Part shown: in pieces, positions 16,865-25,616 of the stretch
Layout of the letters: the number at the start of each line of letters is the position of its first letter
How positions within the stretch are numbered: position 1 is the stretch's first letter
Assembly: GCA_034679465.1 (NCBI GenBank)
Contig: JAXDAV010000026.1
Location: 64,239-128,238 of the forward strand
Origin: Candidatus Aminicenantes bacterium
GTDB lineage: Bacteria > Acidobacteriota > Aminicenantia > Aminicenantales > Saccharicenantaceae
Direction: 5' to 3'
DNA length: 64,000 bases
Made by a program: the position numbers and the translations under genes
Notes under the pieces: generated by a model
Database searches by the model: none
Told to the model about the DNA's origin: nothing
The model's input: the letters and a program-made list of their open reading frames with translations, nothing else

Positions 16865-17476
16865 CTAGGCCTTCTCGACCGGGTGGCGCAGGATCGTCCT
16901 GAGCTTTTCCGGCGCCGAGCGGCGGGGATCGCCGAGATAGATCTCGTGGTGCCAGCCGCGCAGGCGGTATCCCTGCTCCGCGACGAAGGCGTGCAGCCGC
17001 TCGATCGTCGCCGCTTCGGTCGCGTACGGCCCGATGTGCATGATCTGGGCGGCCTTCCCTTCGACGAACCTCTCGAACCGGATCTCGGGGAAGCGGGGGA
17101 ACTTCGCTTTCTTCTTGACCGCCGCGATCGTCTCGGCGACGTCCTTTCCGGTCACGACGTCGGGGAGAACGATGAAGAGCGTCCATTTCCATTGGTCGCG
17201 CTTGCCGCTCGTGAAGACGGACGGGTCGTCGGCGCACCAGAGGCCCTCGAGGGCCATGACCGGATAGTCGACGCCTTTGCCCTTCTTGAAGGCGAACTTG
17301 AGGTGATAGGCGACGCTGTACAGCGAGCCGACCGCTTCCTGGAAGGCCGGGCCGTCCGGGTCGCCCGTGCCGTCGACCATGAGGGCGTCGAGCGGCGGGA
17401 CGTCGATGAGCGCCGGCTTCGTCGCCGAGGCCGTGTAGAGCGGCTTGAGGGTCTTCTTGAGATCGATCGTCTTCAT
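16865..17476 (-). CDS. GyrI-like small-molecule-binding domain protein
   Basis: Typical family layout: KPLYTASATKPALIDVPPLDALMVDGTGDP, ALEGLWC, WKWTLFIVLPD, QIMHIGPYATE, HHEIYLGDPRR. Confidence 0.7.
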   Translation of the reverse strand: MKTIDLKKTLKPLYTASATKPALIDVPPLDALMVDGTGDPDGPAFQEAVGSLYSVAYHLKFAFKKGKGVDYPVMALEGLWCADDPSVFTSGKRDQWKWTLFIVLPDVVTGKDVAETIAAVKKKAKFPRFPEIRFERFVEGKAAQIMHIGPYATEAATIERLHAFVAEQGYRLRGWHHEIYLGDPRRSAPEKLRTILRHPVEKA

Positions 17477-17674
17477 GTTCTCTTTCTCCTGGCCTTGTCC
17501 TGCGGAGATTATGGCGCCGGACGGCTTTCCATCACGCGACGGAGGAATCCAGGGGGTCGCAAGGCTTTTCGATCCATTGGAGAACCCCCTTGGAGAAACG
17601 GGCGGTTCCTTGCTAGGGCGCGGCGCGGTTTCCGGCGGCCGGCCTCTCCCTCTCGGGGGGACCGGCCCGTCGCC

Positions 17675-17923
17675 CTATTTCTTCTTTTTGATGAGATCGT
17701 AGACGAAGAGCAGGATGAGCGCGCCGACGATGGCGCCGATGAAGCCGGCGGCTTCTCCCGGCTGATAGATCCCGGCCATCTTGCCCAGGTAGGTGGCGAC
17801 GAAGGACCCGGCGACGCCCAGGATGATCGTCCAGATCCAGCCCATGTTCTCCTTGCCGGGATAGATGAGCTTGGCGAGGACGCCCACGACCAGACCGACC
17901 AGAAGAGTCCAGATGATATTCAT
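17675..17923 (-). CDS. GlsB/YeaQ/YmgE-family small membrane stress protein
   Basis: 82 aa with three hydrophobic helices. MNIIWTLLVGLVVGVLAKLI...GWIWTIILGVAGSFVATYLG is characteristic of the family. Confidence 0.8.
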   Translation of the reverse strand: MNIIWTLLVGLVVGVLAKLIYPGKENMGWIWTIILGVAGSFVATYLGKMAGIYQPGEAAGFIGAIVGALILLFVYDLIKKKK

Positions 17924-17971
17924 GATTCCCCTCCGTTTCGGCCTTATCTTATCGGCAATGCCGCGGGGATG

Positions 17972-19264
17972 TCAAATCGCCTCTTTCTTCTTGCCGAAGC
18001 GCAGCTTCATGGTCAGGATCTTGTCGGTCGAGAAGACCCGGGCCGCGAAGACGACCAGGACGATGAAGATGACCAGCATGTAGGCCAGCCCGGCCGCGAT
18101 CATCCCGTAGTTGCCGAGGTAGAGGTGCTGCGACACCAGGAACGGATGGGTGAAGGGGATGGCCAGGATGAAGATCTTGAGCGGCAGGGAGAGTGTGTTC
18201 ATGTCGGCGAAGATGGAGATGAAGTAGGGGATCATGACCATGAACATCAGCGGCATGATCATGTTCTGGGCGCTGCGGAAGTCCTCGGCCAGGACGCCGA
18301 GGATCATGGCCAGGGCCAGGGCGACGAGAATGGCCAGGAAGATGGACAGGCCGAGGATGAGGTAGCCGGCCGTATCGAAGGTCAGGCCGAGCTCTTGCAT
18401 CAGCGCGGGCGCGCCGGCCTGGGCCCCGGCCTGGGCGATCTCGTCGCCGAACCCGCCGAAGAAGCCCCGCATGCCGAACATGTAGACCGCGGCCGAGATC
18501 AGGCCGATGAGCCCGGCCGCGAGCATCTTGGCCGTGATGATCGAGGTCCGCTTGATGGGCACGGTCAGGAGCGTTTCGAGCGTCTTGTTCTGCTTCTCCA
18601 TGGCCACGGCCGAGATGACCATCTGCGACGAGTAGATGACGATCATCATCAGGACGATGGGGATGAGCATGGACTGCTGGGAGATCATCCCGGCGACCAT
18701 GTTGGCCGACCCTTCGGCCATCCTGTCCTGGACGACGACGAAGTCCTTGCTCTTGATGGGCTTCTTGAGGCTGGACGGATCGAAATCGGGCAGCTTTTCC
18801 CTGAGGAAATTGTTCGACAGGGCCTCGTTGAGGGCCGCGATGACGCCCTGGACGACGACCTGGCCCCGGGCGCCGATGAGGGAGAAGCTGCGCATGAAGG
18901 AATAGGTCTCGATCTCGCTCGGCTTGAGCTCGGCCAGGGAGTCGCCGAAGCCCTCGGGGATGACGAGGAGGAGCTTCGATTCGCCGGCCTTGGCCGTCTC
19001 GATCGCCTGTTCCCGGGTCTTCCCCGACTGGTCGAGGACCTTGAAGCGCGCCGATTCGAGGCCCCGGACCAGGGCCTGGGAGGCCGGCGAGCCGTCCTCG
19101 TCGAGCGCGGAGATCGTCTGGACGCCGATGGCCTTCCGGACCTCCTTCTTGCTGACCTGGCCGATGAAATTGAAGAGGATGACGGTGAAGACGAGCGAGA
19201 TGATGAGCTGTTTGGTCACCAGCTCCTTGATCTCTTTCCTGAGCAGGTTGGTGAATCTTTTCAT
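17972..19264 (-). CDS. ABC-2-type transporter permease (NatB-like)
   Basis: 430 aa. An N-terminal TM is followed by a large extracytoplasmic loop and a C-terminal cluster of TM helices. The start overlaps the ATPase stop (ATGA). Confidence 0.75.
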   Translation of the reverse strand: MKRFTNLLRKEIKELVTKQLIISLVFTVILFNFIGQVSKKEVRKAIGVQTISALDEDGSPASQALVRGLESARFKVLDQSGKTREQAIETAKAGESKLLLVIPEGFGDSLAELKPSEIETYSFMRSFSLIGARGQVVVQGVIAALNEALSNNFLREKLPDFDPSSLKKPIKSKDFVVVQDRMAEGSANMVAGMISQQSMLIPIVLMMIVIYSSQMVISAVAMEKQNKTLETLLTVPIKRTSIITAKMLAAGLIGLISAAVYMFGMRGFFGGFGDEIAQAGAQAGAPALMQELGLTFDTAGYLILGLSIFLAILVALALAMILGVLAEDFRSAQNMIMPLMFMVMIPYFISIFADMNTLSLPLKIFILAIPFTHPFLVSQHLYLGNYGMIAAGLAYMLVIFIVLVVFAARVFSTDKILTMKLRFGKKKEAI

Positions 19265-19983
19265 CGGAGGGAACTCCTGAAGACCTCTTCCAGGTTCTTG
19301 GCGTGGTGCTTGTCCTTGAGCTCCTCGGGCGTCCCGGAGTCGAGGATGCGGCCCTTGTCGATGAGGGCGACCCGGTCGGACAGAAACTCGATCTCGAGCA
19401 TGTTATGGGAGGACAGGAGGACCGATGTCCCCTCCCGGACGTAGCGGCGAATGATCTCCCGGACCTCCAGGGCGTTGAGGACGTCGAGACCCGAGGTCGG
19501 CTCGTCGAGGATGGCCAGGACCGGCTTGGTCATCAGGGCCCGGGCCAGGAGGAGCTTGCGGGTCATGCCCTTGCTGTAGGTGCCGACCTTGGTCTTCAGC
19601 CGGTCGCGCAGCTCGGTGATGGCCACCGCCCGGTCGACGTACTCCTTTTCCTCTTCCGGGGTCCGGGCGTAGAAGTTGGCCATGAAGTGGAGATAATCGA
19701 GCCCCTTCATGTCCTTGTAGGCGCCGGCTTCCTCCGGCAGGTAGCTGATCTTCTCCCGGACGAAATCGGGCTCCTTGCAGAGGTCGCGGTCGAGGAAAGC
19801 GATCTCGCCGGCGGTCGCGGTCAGGAGCGTGGCCACGATCCGGAGCGTCGTCGTCTTGCCGGCCCCGTTCGGGCCGATCAGGGCGAAGACCTCTCCGGCG
19901 CGGACCTCGAACTCGATGCCGGCCAAGGCGGTTTGGCTGCCGTAGGATTTCTTCAATCCCCGGACGGTCAGAACATTGGGCAT
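19261..19983 (-). CDS. ABC transporter ATP-binding protein (NatA-like)
   Basis: Walker A GPNGAGKTT, signature YSKGMTRKL, Walker B VLAILDEPTSGLD, H-loop SSH. Confidence 0.9.
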   Translation of the reverse strand: MPNVLTVRGLKKSYGSQTALAGIEFEVRAGEVFALIGPNGAGKTTTLRIVATLLTATAGEIAFLDRDLCKEPDFVREKISYLPEEAGAYKDMKGLDYLHFMANFYARTPEEEKEYVDRAVAITELRDRLKTKVGTYSKGMTRKLLLARALMTKPVLAILDEPTSGLDVLNALEVREIIRRYVREGTSVLLSSHNMLEIEFLSDRVALIDKGRILDSGTPEELKDKHHAKNLEEVFRSSLR

Positions 19984-20054
19984 GGGCGACTCCCTTGCGT
20001 CAGGCGAAAATATCGGGCCTTATTCTAGTGAATACGGACGGGGATGTAAACGGT

Positions 20055-21332
20055 TCAAGGGCTCTTTCCGAGGGCCTGACTCGCTCTCTTCAGAAGGCCC
20101 TTCGCCGCGTCCGCGTCCGGTTCGGGCCACCGGGCCCCTTCGATCCTCTTGACGATCGCCCGGGAATCCGTGACCGGAGGCGGGAAGGGCCGGCGGCCCG
20201 CCGCCCAGGCCTCCCATGTGTCCAGGACGTTTTCGAGGGCCCGGACGGCCAGCTCCGTCGCCTGGATGGCTTCGCCGGCGGCCGCGGCGAACCCGGCCGC
20301 CTCGCGCTCGAGCTTCGTGAGCAGGCCGTCGACATCGGGCGGGGCGTCGCCCCTGACGTAGTCCTTGCGGATCCTCGCGGCCAGGTCCTCGACGCGCCGG
20401 GCCGATTGCCAGATCTCGCGCATCCGAAGACGGATGAGGGCCGCGGCGGCCCCGGCCCGGGCCTTCGCCTGTTCGAACCGGAACCCGCCGGCTCCGGGGC
20501 GAAGGGCCGGCTTCCCGCGCAGCTTCTCGAGCCCGTCCAGGAGGTTCCCCACCCGTCGCCACTCGCCGGCGATGTCCCCCGCGGCCCAGCGGCAGAACGG
20601 CGCGTGGTAGCCGATCTCGGCCGTGAAGGCCCTGAGCTCGTCCCACTGGACGGCCCGCCGCCCGGCGTTGAACTCCTCCTGGACCCGGGCGACGAGGGCG
20701 TCGTCCATCCCGGCGTGCATGCCCTCGTGCATGAGGCCGCCGGCGAGCATGTGGTAATCCTCCTCGCGAAGCTCCTCGAGCAGGCGGGCGTACGGGCGTT
20801 CGCCCAGGGCCTTGCGGAGCTCGCGATGGGACCTGTCGTCGCGGAAACAGGCTTCGAGCCGCCCCGTCTTCTCCCGGAAGGCGGAGGCCTCGAGCCCGCC
20901 GGTCGCGGCGAGCATCCGGCCGTATTCGGCGACGATCGATTCCGGGACGAAGGTCCGGCGGTTCCGGACGCAGAGCGTCAGGTAGCCCGATTCGTGGATC
21001 TCCATGAACAACCGGCCGTCGGCGTCGAAGCCGTGGGTCATGAAGTAGGTCCCGGGGCGGACAAGATAGGTGTGGCCGGGAAAATACCTCCGCGCCCTTT
21101 CCCAGGCGCCGCCGTAGCCGAGAGCGGTCCAGTCCGCGGCGGCGAACCCGTCGCGCATGGAGTAGAACCGCGAGTCGAGGACGGTCCGGACGACCTCCCG
21201 GGCGGGGTCGTTCGAGGGGATATCCTTGAAGAGGGTCCTTTCGAGCGCCGGCCGTCCCGAGCCGGCGACGGCCGCCAGCACGAACAAGAGCGAGGCCGGG
21301 AGGACTCGCGGCGGACGGACGTTCGGCTTCAC
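20055..21332 (-). CDS. Secreted hypothetical protein with an HExxH motif (putative metalloprotease)
   Basis: Signal peptide (VLPASLLFVLAAVAGSG). Balanced composition, unlike the opposite-strand ORF 19995..21401. A single HEGMH motif in LAGGLMHEGMHAGMDD. No family recognised. Confidence 0.55.
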   Translation of the reverse strand: MKPNVRPPRVLPASLLFVLAAVAGSGRPALERTLFKDIPSNDPAREVVRTVLDSRFYSMRDGFAAADWTALGYGGAWERARRYFPGHTYLVRPGTYFMTHGFDADGRLFMEIHESGYLTLCVRNRRTFVPESIVAEYGRMLAATGGLEASAFREKTGRLEACFRDDRSHRELRKALGERPYARLLEELREEDYHMLAGGLMHEGMHAGMDDALVARVQEEFNAGRRAVQWDELRAFTAEIGYHAPFCRWAAGDIAGEWRRVGNLLDGLEKLRGKPALRPGAGGFRFEQAKARAGAAAALIRLRMREIWQSARRVEDLAARIRKDYVRGDAPPDVDGLLTKLEREAAGFAAAAGEAIQATELAVRALENVLDTWEAWAAGRRPFPPPVTDSRAIVKRIEGARWPEPDADAAKGLLKRASQALGKSP

Positions 21333-21422
21333 GCGGTGTCTGGGAGGCTCACTCGGACCCGGATGCGACCCCGGGCGGGCGTTCGGGCCGGAGGAAAATG
21401 AACGGTCGTTTCGCGGACGGCT

Positions 21423-21617
21423 TCAGGACGTTTCCCGTGCGGGATCGTCCGGATTGGGAGGGGCCGCGGGCGCTTCATCGGGCGAGAACACTTCGGGCTC
21501 CCCCTCAGGGTTGGCCAGCTTGGCCAGCTTCCGCTGCCGCTTCTCTTCCTGTTTCTTCAGTCTTTTCAGCTCTTTGGTTCTCTTCTCACTCTTGAAAGCT
21601 CTGTTGCCTCTACCCAC
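21423..21617 (-). CDS. Candidate small (64 aa) highly basic/charged protein
   Basis: In-frame GTG at 21617, preceded by AAGGAGG with 4-nt spacing. Encodes GRGNRAFKSEKRTKELKRLKKQEEKRQRKLAKLANPEGEPEVFSPDEAPAAPPNPDD. The rest of ORF 21423..22025 upstream looks like non-coding shadow. Confidence 0.35.
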   Translation of the reverse strand: MGRGNRAFKSEKRTKELKRLKKQEEKRQRKLAKLANPEGEPEVFSPDEAPAAPPNPDDPARETS

Positions 21618-21780
21618 CAGACCTCCTTGTTCCGGATTCTCACCCTTATCATACAGAGAAACCCCCGGGCCTTCAAGCCTTCCGCGCGCTGAGGGCGGGC
21701 CCGATTCCGGTCGCCTGGAAGGGACCGGGCCGACAGTCCCTGCGCCGGCCGGCAAAGGCGGCCCGCAAGGCCCGCGCGAT

Positions 21781-21801
21781 CCGATCCGGATCGGCTTTTT
21801 T
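21781..21801 (+). terminator. Weak terminator-like hairpin plus T6 in the leader upstream of the 21877 gene
   Basis: Palindrome CCGATCCGGATCGG (21781-21794; 5-bp stem, CCGG loop), then C and TTTTTT (21796-21801). No plus-strand gene lies upstream. Confidence 0.25.
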
Positions 21802-21876
21802 GGGAGAAGGGGGAAACAACGGGCCTGCCGGTCCGTATAACAGGGCGTCCGAATCGACCGTGAAGGAGCAGACAAG

Positions 21877-22797
21877 ATGAAGAAAACCGCTCTATTGACC
21901 GCCGCCCTCCTGGCGATCGCCCTCCTCGGGGCCTCCCCGGCTTTTCCGGGGGCCATCCCTTCGCCCCTCGTCCCGGAAGGCGCCCGCTGGATCGTCCACG
22001 CGGACGTCGAGAAGCTCGTCGGCACCGCGCTCTACCGGCATCTCGAAAAGGACGGCCTGTTCGAGGTCAAGGGCAGGGACCTCAAGCGCTGGCTCAAGAT
22101 CGACGTGACCAAGGACATCACGGGCGTGACCGTGTTCGGCCTGGGGCCCGGCGACGATCAGATTGTCTTCGCCGTCGCCGGCAAGTTCGACAAGGCCGGC
22201 ATCCTCGCTTTGATCGCGCTCGACAAGGAGCACCAAGAGACGCCCTACGGTCCCTATGTTCTTTACTCGACCGGAAGCGATGAGTTCGGCGCGTTCGTCA
22301 ACGACAACCTCCTCGTCTTCTCTGAGGACCGCGCGGCGATCGAGAAGGCCCTCGACGCGGCCGGCGGCAAAGCGAAGACCTTCGCCGGGACGCCCCTCAG
22401 CGCCTCGCTCAAGGAAGTCCCCGCGGGGGCCTTCCTCAGCGGGGTCATGCCCGACCTCTCCAAGCTGGCCGGCCTGAACAACCAGTCCAAGGTCCTCGAC
22501 AGAGCCAGCGGACTGCTCTTCCTGGCCCAGGAGGAGCGGGAGGCCCTTCGGGTCCGCCTGCAGGTGACGGCGGATTCCCCGGAGAACGCCAAGAACATGG
22601 CCGATCTCGTCCAGGGCCTCATCGCCATGGGCAGGCTCGGCGGGAACGAGGGTCAAATGGCCCGGATCGCCTCGCTTATCGACGGCCTCCGGGTCCGGCA
22701 GGACGGCAAGGTCGTCCGGCTCGATTTCGAGCGCCCCTCGAAGGAGATCGCGGGCCTCATCTCGCAAGGCAAGGGCCTGGCCGGGCTCCTCGACTGA
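21877..22797 (+). CDS. Secreted hypothetical protein
   Basis: AAGGAG RBS. Signal peptide MKKTALLTAALLAIALLGASPAFPGA. Balanced composition. Sits directly upstream of the ECF sigma/anti-sigma pair on the same strand. Confidence 0.6.
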   Translation: MKKTALLTAALLAIALLGASPAFPGAIPSPLVPEGARWIVHADVEKLVGTALYRHLEKDGLFEVKGRDLKRWLKIDVTKDITGVTVFGLGPGDDQIVFAVAGKFDKAGILALIALDKEHQETPYGPYVLYSTGSDEFGAFVNDNLLVFSEDRAAIEKALDAAGGKAKTFAGTPLSASLKEVPAGAFLSGVMPDLSKLAGLNNQSKVLDRASGLLFLAQEEREALRVRLQVTADSPENAKNMADLVQGLIAMGRLGGNEGQMARIASLIDGLRVRQDGKVVRLDFERPSKEIAGLISQGKGLAGLLD

Positions 22798-22857
22798 GGC
22801 CCGGCCCCGCGGTGATAATAGCGTCGCGGCCCCGGCCGTCCGGGGCCGGGAGTGCAC

Positions 22858-23466
22858 ATGGCCGAGAACGACCCGATCGCGGAGAAGACCGACGAAGAGC
22901 TGGCCTTTGAGGCCCGGTCCGGCTCGCGCCGGTCTTTTGAGGAGCTGGCGATCCGCTACAAGCGCCGGCTCTTCGTCTATCTCCGCCCCCGCCTGGGGAG
23001 CGATGAGGACGCCGAGGACGCGGTCCAGGACACCTTTCTCAAGCTCTTCCGGAACATCGGGAGCTACGATCCGGCCTATCGGTTCTCGACCTGGCTCTAC
23101 ACCTCGGCCAACCGGCTGGTCATCGACTCGTTCCGCAGGGGCGCGGCGGAGCGGGCCGCGCTCGCATCGAACCGGGCGGCGGATGGTCCCGACCCGGTCG
23201 CGACCGGCGAGAGCAGCGGGCCCGGCGGATCCGGCCTTTGGGACGCCGCCCGGACGCTCGGGGAGAGCCGGTTCCGGGTCCTCTGGCTCCGCTACGGCGA
23301 GGACATGACCATCGAGGAGATCGCCGCCGTGCTCGGCCGGACGCGGCTGGCCGTCCGCGTGCTCCTTCACCGGGCCCGGACGGGACTGGCCGGAAAGCTC
23401 GGCCCGGCCGCGCGCCGCGCCGCGAGGCCTCAGGCGGAAACCGTCCGGGGCGCGGCCGGGCGTTGA
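22858..23466 (+). CDS. ECF-type RNA polymerase sigma-70 factor
   Basis: Region 2 (AEDAVQDTFLKLFRNIGSYDPAYRFSTWLYTSANRLVIDSFRR) and region 4 (MTIEEIAAVLGRTRLAVRVLLHRARTGL). ATG 22858 preferred over GTG 22852. Confidence 0.85.
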   Translation: MAENDPIAEKTDEELAFEARSGSRRSFEELAIRYKRRLFVYLRPRLGSDEDAEDAVQDTFLKLFRNIGSYDPAYRFSTWLYTSANRLVIDSFRRGAAERAALASNRAADGPDPVATGESSGPGGSGLWDAARTLGESRFRVLWLRYGEDMTIEEIAAVLGRTRLAVRVLLHRARTGLAGKLGPAARRAARPQAETVRGAAGR

Positions 23467-23483
23467 CGCGGGAGCGAAGGAGA

Positions 23484-24065
23484 ATGACGATGTGGTGCAA
23501 GCCCAGCCGCTGGATGGTCTCCCGCTCGGAAGACACCGGGAGGAAGCTCCCGGGTTTCGCCGGGCGTCACATCGGGCGATGCCGCGCCTGCGGGGAATTC
23601 GCCCGCTCTTCCGCGGCCCTGGCGTCGAGGCTGAGGGGCGAGCGCGCCGCCTGGCTGGCCGGGGTCCCGGACTTCTCCCTGGGGTTCGAGAGCGACGCCG
23701 GACCCGCGGGAACGGTCGGGCGGGCCGCCGCGGCCGACAAGCCGGCGTCCCGGCGCCCGCGGCTCGGGCTTCGTCCCCTTCCGGTCGCGGCGGCCGTCCT
23801 GGTCGTCGCGGCCGCGGCGCTCGTCCTGTTCCGGAGCGCGCCTCGGGCCCCCGCGCCGACGGCGCAGGGCCGCGCCGCAGCCAGGGCCGCGATCGCCGAC
23901 CTCCGGTCGGCGCCCGCGCGGCTCCAGGGGGTCCTCGGCGAGGCTGAATCCTCGCTCGAGAGGGAGCGCCGGGTCCTCGAGCAGTCCGTCACCTCGGCCT
24001 TCGAATACCTCCAGACCCGCCTGAATATCAGGATCGAACGGAAGGAAGCGCCGAAGCCTCTCTGA
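23484..24065 (+). CDS. Putative zinc-binding (ZAS-type) anti-sigma factor, single-pass membrane protein
   Basis: ATG 23484 with GAAGGAGA RBS, 18 nt after the sigma gene. HxxxCxxC motif in RHIGRCRACGEF. TM segment LPVAAAVLVVAAAALVLF. Confidence 0.65.
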   Translation: MTMWCKPSRWMVSRSEDTGRKLPGFAGRHIGRCRACGEFARSSAALASRLRGERAAWLAGVPDFSLGFESDAGPAGTVGRAAAADKPASRRPRLGLRPLPVAAAVLVVAAAALVLFRSAPRAPAPTAQGRAAARAAIADLRSAPARLQGVLGEAESSLERERRVLEQSVTSAFEYLQTRLNIRIERKEAPKPL

Positions 24066-24097
24066 GCCCGGCCGCTCGCGGATGCCGGCGAAGGCCG

Positions 24098-25450
24098 CTA
24101 CCTGACGAGGTGGAAGGCGGTTTGGCGGCCGGCCAGGAAGAAGGCCTTTTGGCCGTCGAAGAAGATGTCCTGCTCGAGGGGCACCCGGAAATCGACGCCC
24201 CATTCCGGCAGGGGACCGGTGACGCTCAGCTCGCAGACGAAGGCGCTCATGGGCACGAGCTTGACGTCGCCCCGTCCGGGGTTGTTGACCTGCTCCCACG
24301 GCAGGCCGATGAGCGGCCCCGGTTCGTGGAGGAAGAGGCCGAGCGAATGGGAGTAGATGCGCGGGCCGGGGATCGCGAGCTCCCTGGCCTTCCGGAGCAT
24401 GTTGCCGAGCATCTCGTTCCCGGTGAGCCCGGTCTTGAATTCGCCCATGAAGACGTCCTGGAGCCGATGGGCCTCGGCCATGAGCTTCTTCAGGCCCTCG
24501 GGGGCGTCCGTCTCGCCGGGCCGCAGGACGTAGGCCACCTCCTGGTGGTCGCTGTTCCAGCGCATGTACTTGATCCCGACGTCGCAGTGGAGGACGTCGC
24601 CCGGGCGGATGATCTTGTCGTCCTTGCCCCACGTCTCGATGTCCTTGGGCGAGCGGGGGCGGATCGAGACGAAGGGGCTGAAGGAGACCTTGAGGCCGAG
24701 GTCGGCGACCCGCTGCCAGTAATACCAGCGCAGATCCTCGGCGGTCGTCTGGCCGACCGTGATCGCCCGGGCCGAGAACATGTCGGCGATGATCGAGCGC
24801 GACAGGGCGGCGACCCGCTCCATGACCTCGACCTCCTCCTCGATGAGCGTCTCGGCCCAGAGCGTCACCAGCGGCTCGGCGGACCGGAGGCGGGAGGCGT
24901 ACTTCGGCCCGACGGCCTCGACGATCCGCTTTTTCAGGACCGAGGTCAGCCCGCCGGCCGCCCATTGGATCTCGCCCTCGTTGAGGCCGATCCTCTGGGG
25001 ATCGCGCTCGCGGACGACCCGGCCGAGGGCCTCCCACTGGCCTTCGCCCTTCTTGGCGTCGAAGGCGGCGGAGTCCCAGGCGTTCTCGAACAGGCCTTGG
25101 GTGTCGGTCCGCGACACGTTCAGCCGCTCGACGCCCCGGGCCGCGCCCCGGTCGAAGAAGACCAGGATCTGGGTGATGGGGTTCCAATTCTCGTAGGGGA
25201 TCAGGGTCTCGAAGACGGGGTCGAGGTTGTCCTCGTTGCAGGAGACGATCCACATATCGAAGCCCGTCTCGCGCATCATCCGGGGGATGAGCGTGTCGAG
25301 GCGCTTGGCCGTGATCCTCTGGACGAGCGCCGCGCGCTCGCGGATCGACAGGACCGTCGGCGTGCCGCCGGGCTGGGCCGTCGCGGGGACGGGCCGCGTC
25401 GCGGCCATGAGGCAGGCGATGACGATGGCGGGAACGGTCTTCTTGAACAT
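24098..25450 (-). CDS. Exported M24-family metallopeptidase (Xaa-Pro aminopeptidase-like)
   Basis: ATG 25450 (MFKKTVPAIVIACLMAATRPVPATA) with GGAGGG RBS. Pita-bread core: IIRPGDVLHCDVGIKYMRWNSDHQEVAYV, SHSLGLFLHEPGP, FVCELSV. Confidence 0.75.
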   Translation of the reverse strand: MFKKTVPAIVIACLMAATRPVPATAQPGGTPTVLSIRERAALVQRITAKRLDTLIPRMMRETGFDMWIVSCNEDNLDPVFETLIPYENWNPITQILVFFDRGAARGVERLNVSRTDTQGLFENAWDSAAFDAKKGEGQWEALGRVVRERDPQRIGLNEGEIQWAAGGLTSVLKKRIVEAVGPKYASRLRSAEPLVTLWAETLIEEEVEVMERVAALSRSIIADMFSARAITVGQTTAEDLRWYYWQRVADLGLKVSFSPFVSIRPRSPKDIETWGKDDKIIRPGDVLHCDVGIKYMRWNSDHQEVAYVLRPGETDAPEGLKKLMAEAHRLQDVFMGEFKTGLTGNEMLGNMLRKARELAIPGPRIYSHSLGLFLHEPGPLIGLPWEQVNNPGRGDVKLVPMSAFVCELSVTGPLPEWGVDFRVPLEQDIFFDGQKAFFLAGRQTAFHLVR

Positions 25451-25505
25451 GGGCGCCCTCCGTATCACGGGACTATCGCCTTTCTATCACCGGGCCGCCG
25501 GTCCG

Positions 25506-25526
25506 GTCAAGAACGTGTCAAGAACG
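25506..25526. promoter_or_regulatory. Direct repeat GTCAAGAACG x2 with 11-bp period (candidate regulator binding site)
   Basis: Identical 10-mers at 25506-25515 and 25517-25526. They lie in the divergent intergenic region between the M24 peptidase and CorA genes, 22 nt upstream of the predicted corA -35 box. Confidence 0.3.
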
Positions 25527-25547
25527 GGAAGCGCTGAGCCTTTTTTC

Positions 25548-25577
25548 TTGCCATTTCCCGAAAGGCGGGAGCATAAT
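25548..25577 (+). promoter_or_regulatory. Candidate sigma70 promoter of corA-like gene
   Basis: TTGCCA (25548-25553), an 18-nt spacer, then CATAAT (25572-25577). Lies 40 nt upstream of ATG 25617. Confidence 0.4.
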
Positions 25578-25616
25578 GGGCCGACGGCGCCGAGGCGCCG
25601 CTGGAAGGAGGCCGGG

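Noticed and set aside
21226-21840. 204-aa plus-strand ORF spanning the 21333-21876 region.
   Set aside because: Ser/Gly/Pro/Arg-rich, with no RBS and no motif. It overlaps the 5' end of the HExxH gene and the candidate small basic ORF on the other strand.
25451-25616. Magnesium-type riboswitch or long structured leader upstream of the corA-like gene, and likewise a leader upstream of the PiT/DUF47 genes.
   Set aside because: With the predicted promoter the corA leader is only about 35 nt. Gaps in the phosphate gene string are 20-47 nt. Both are too short for known riboswitch classes, and I saw no conserved riboswitch cores.
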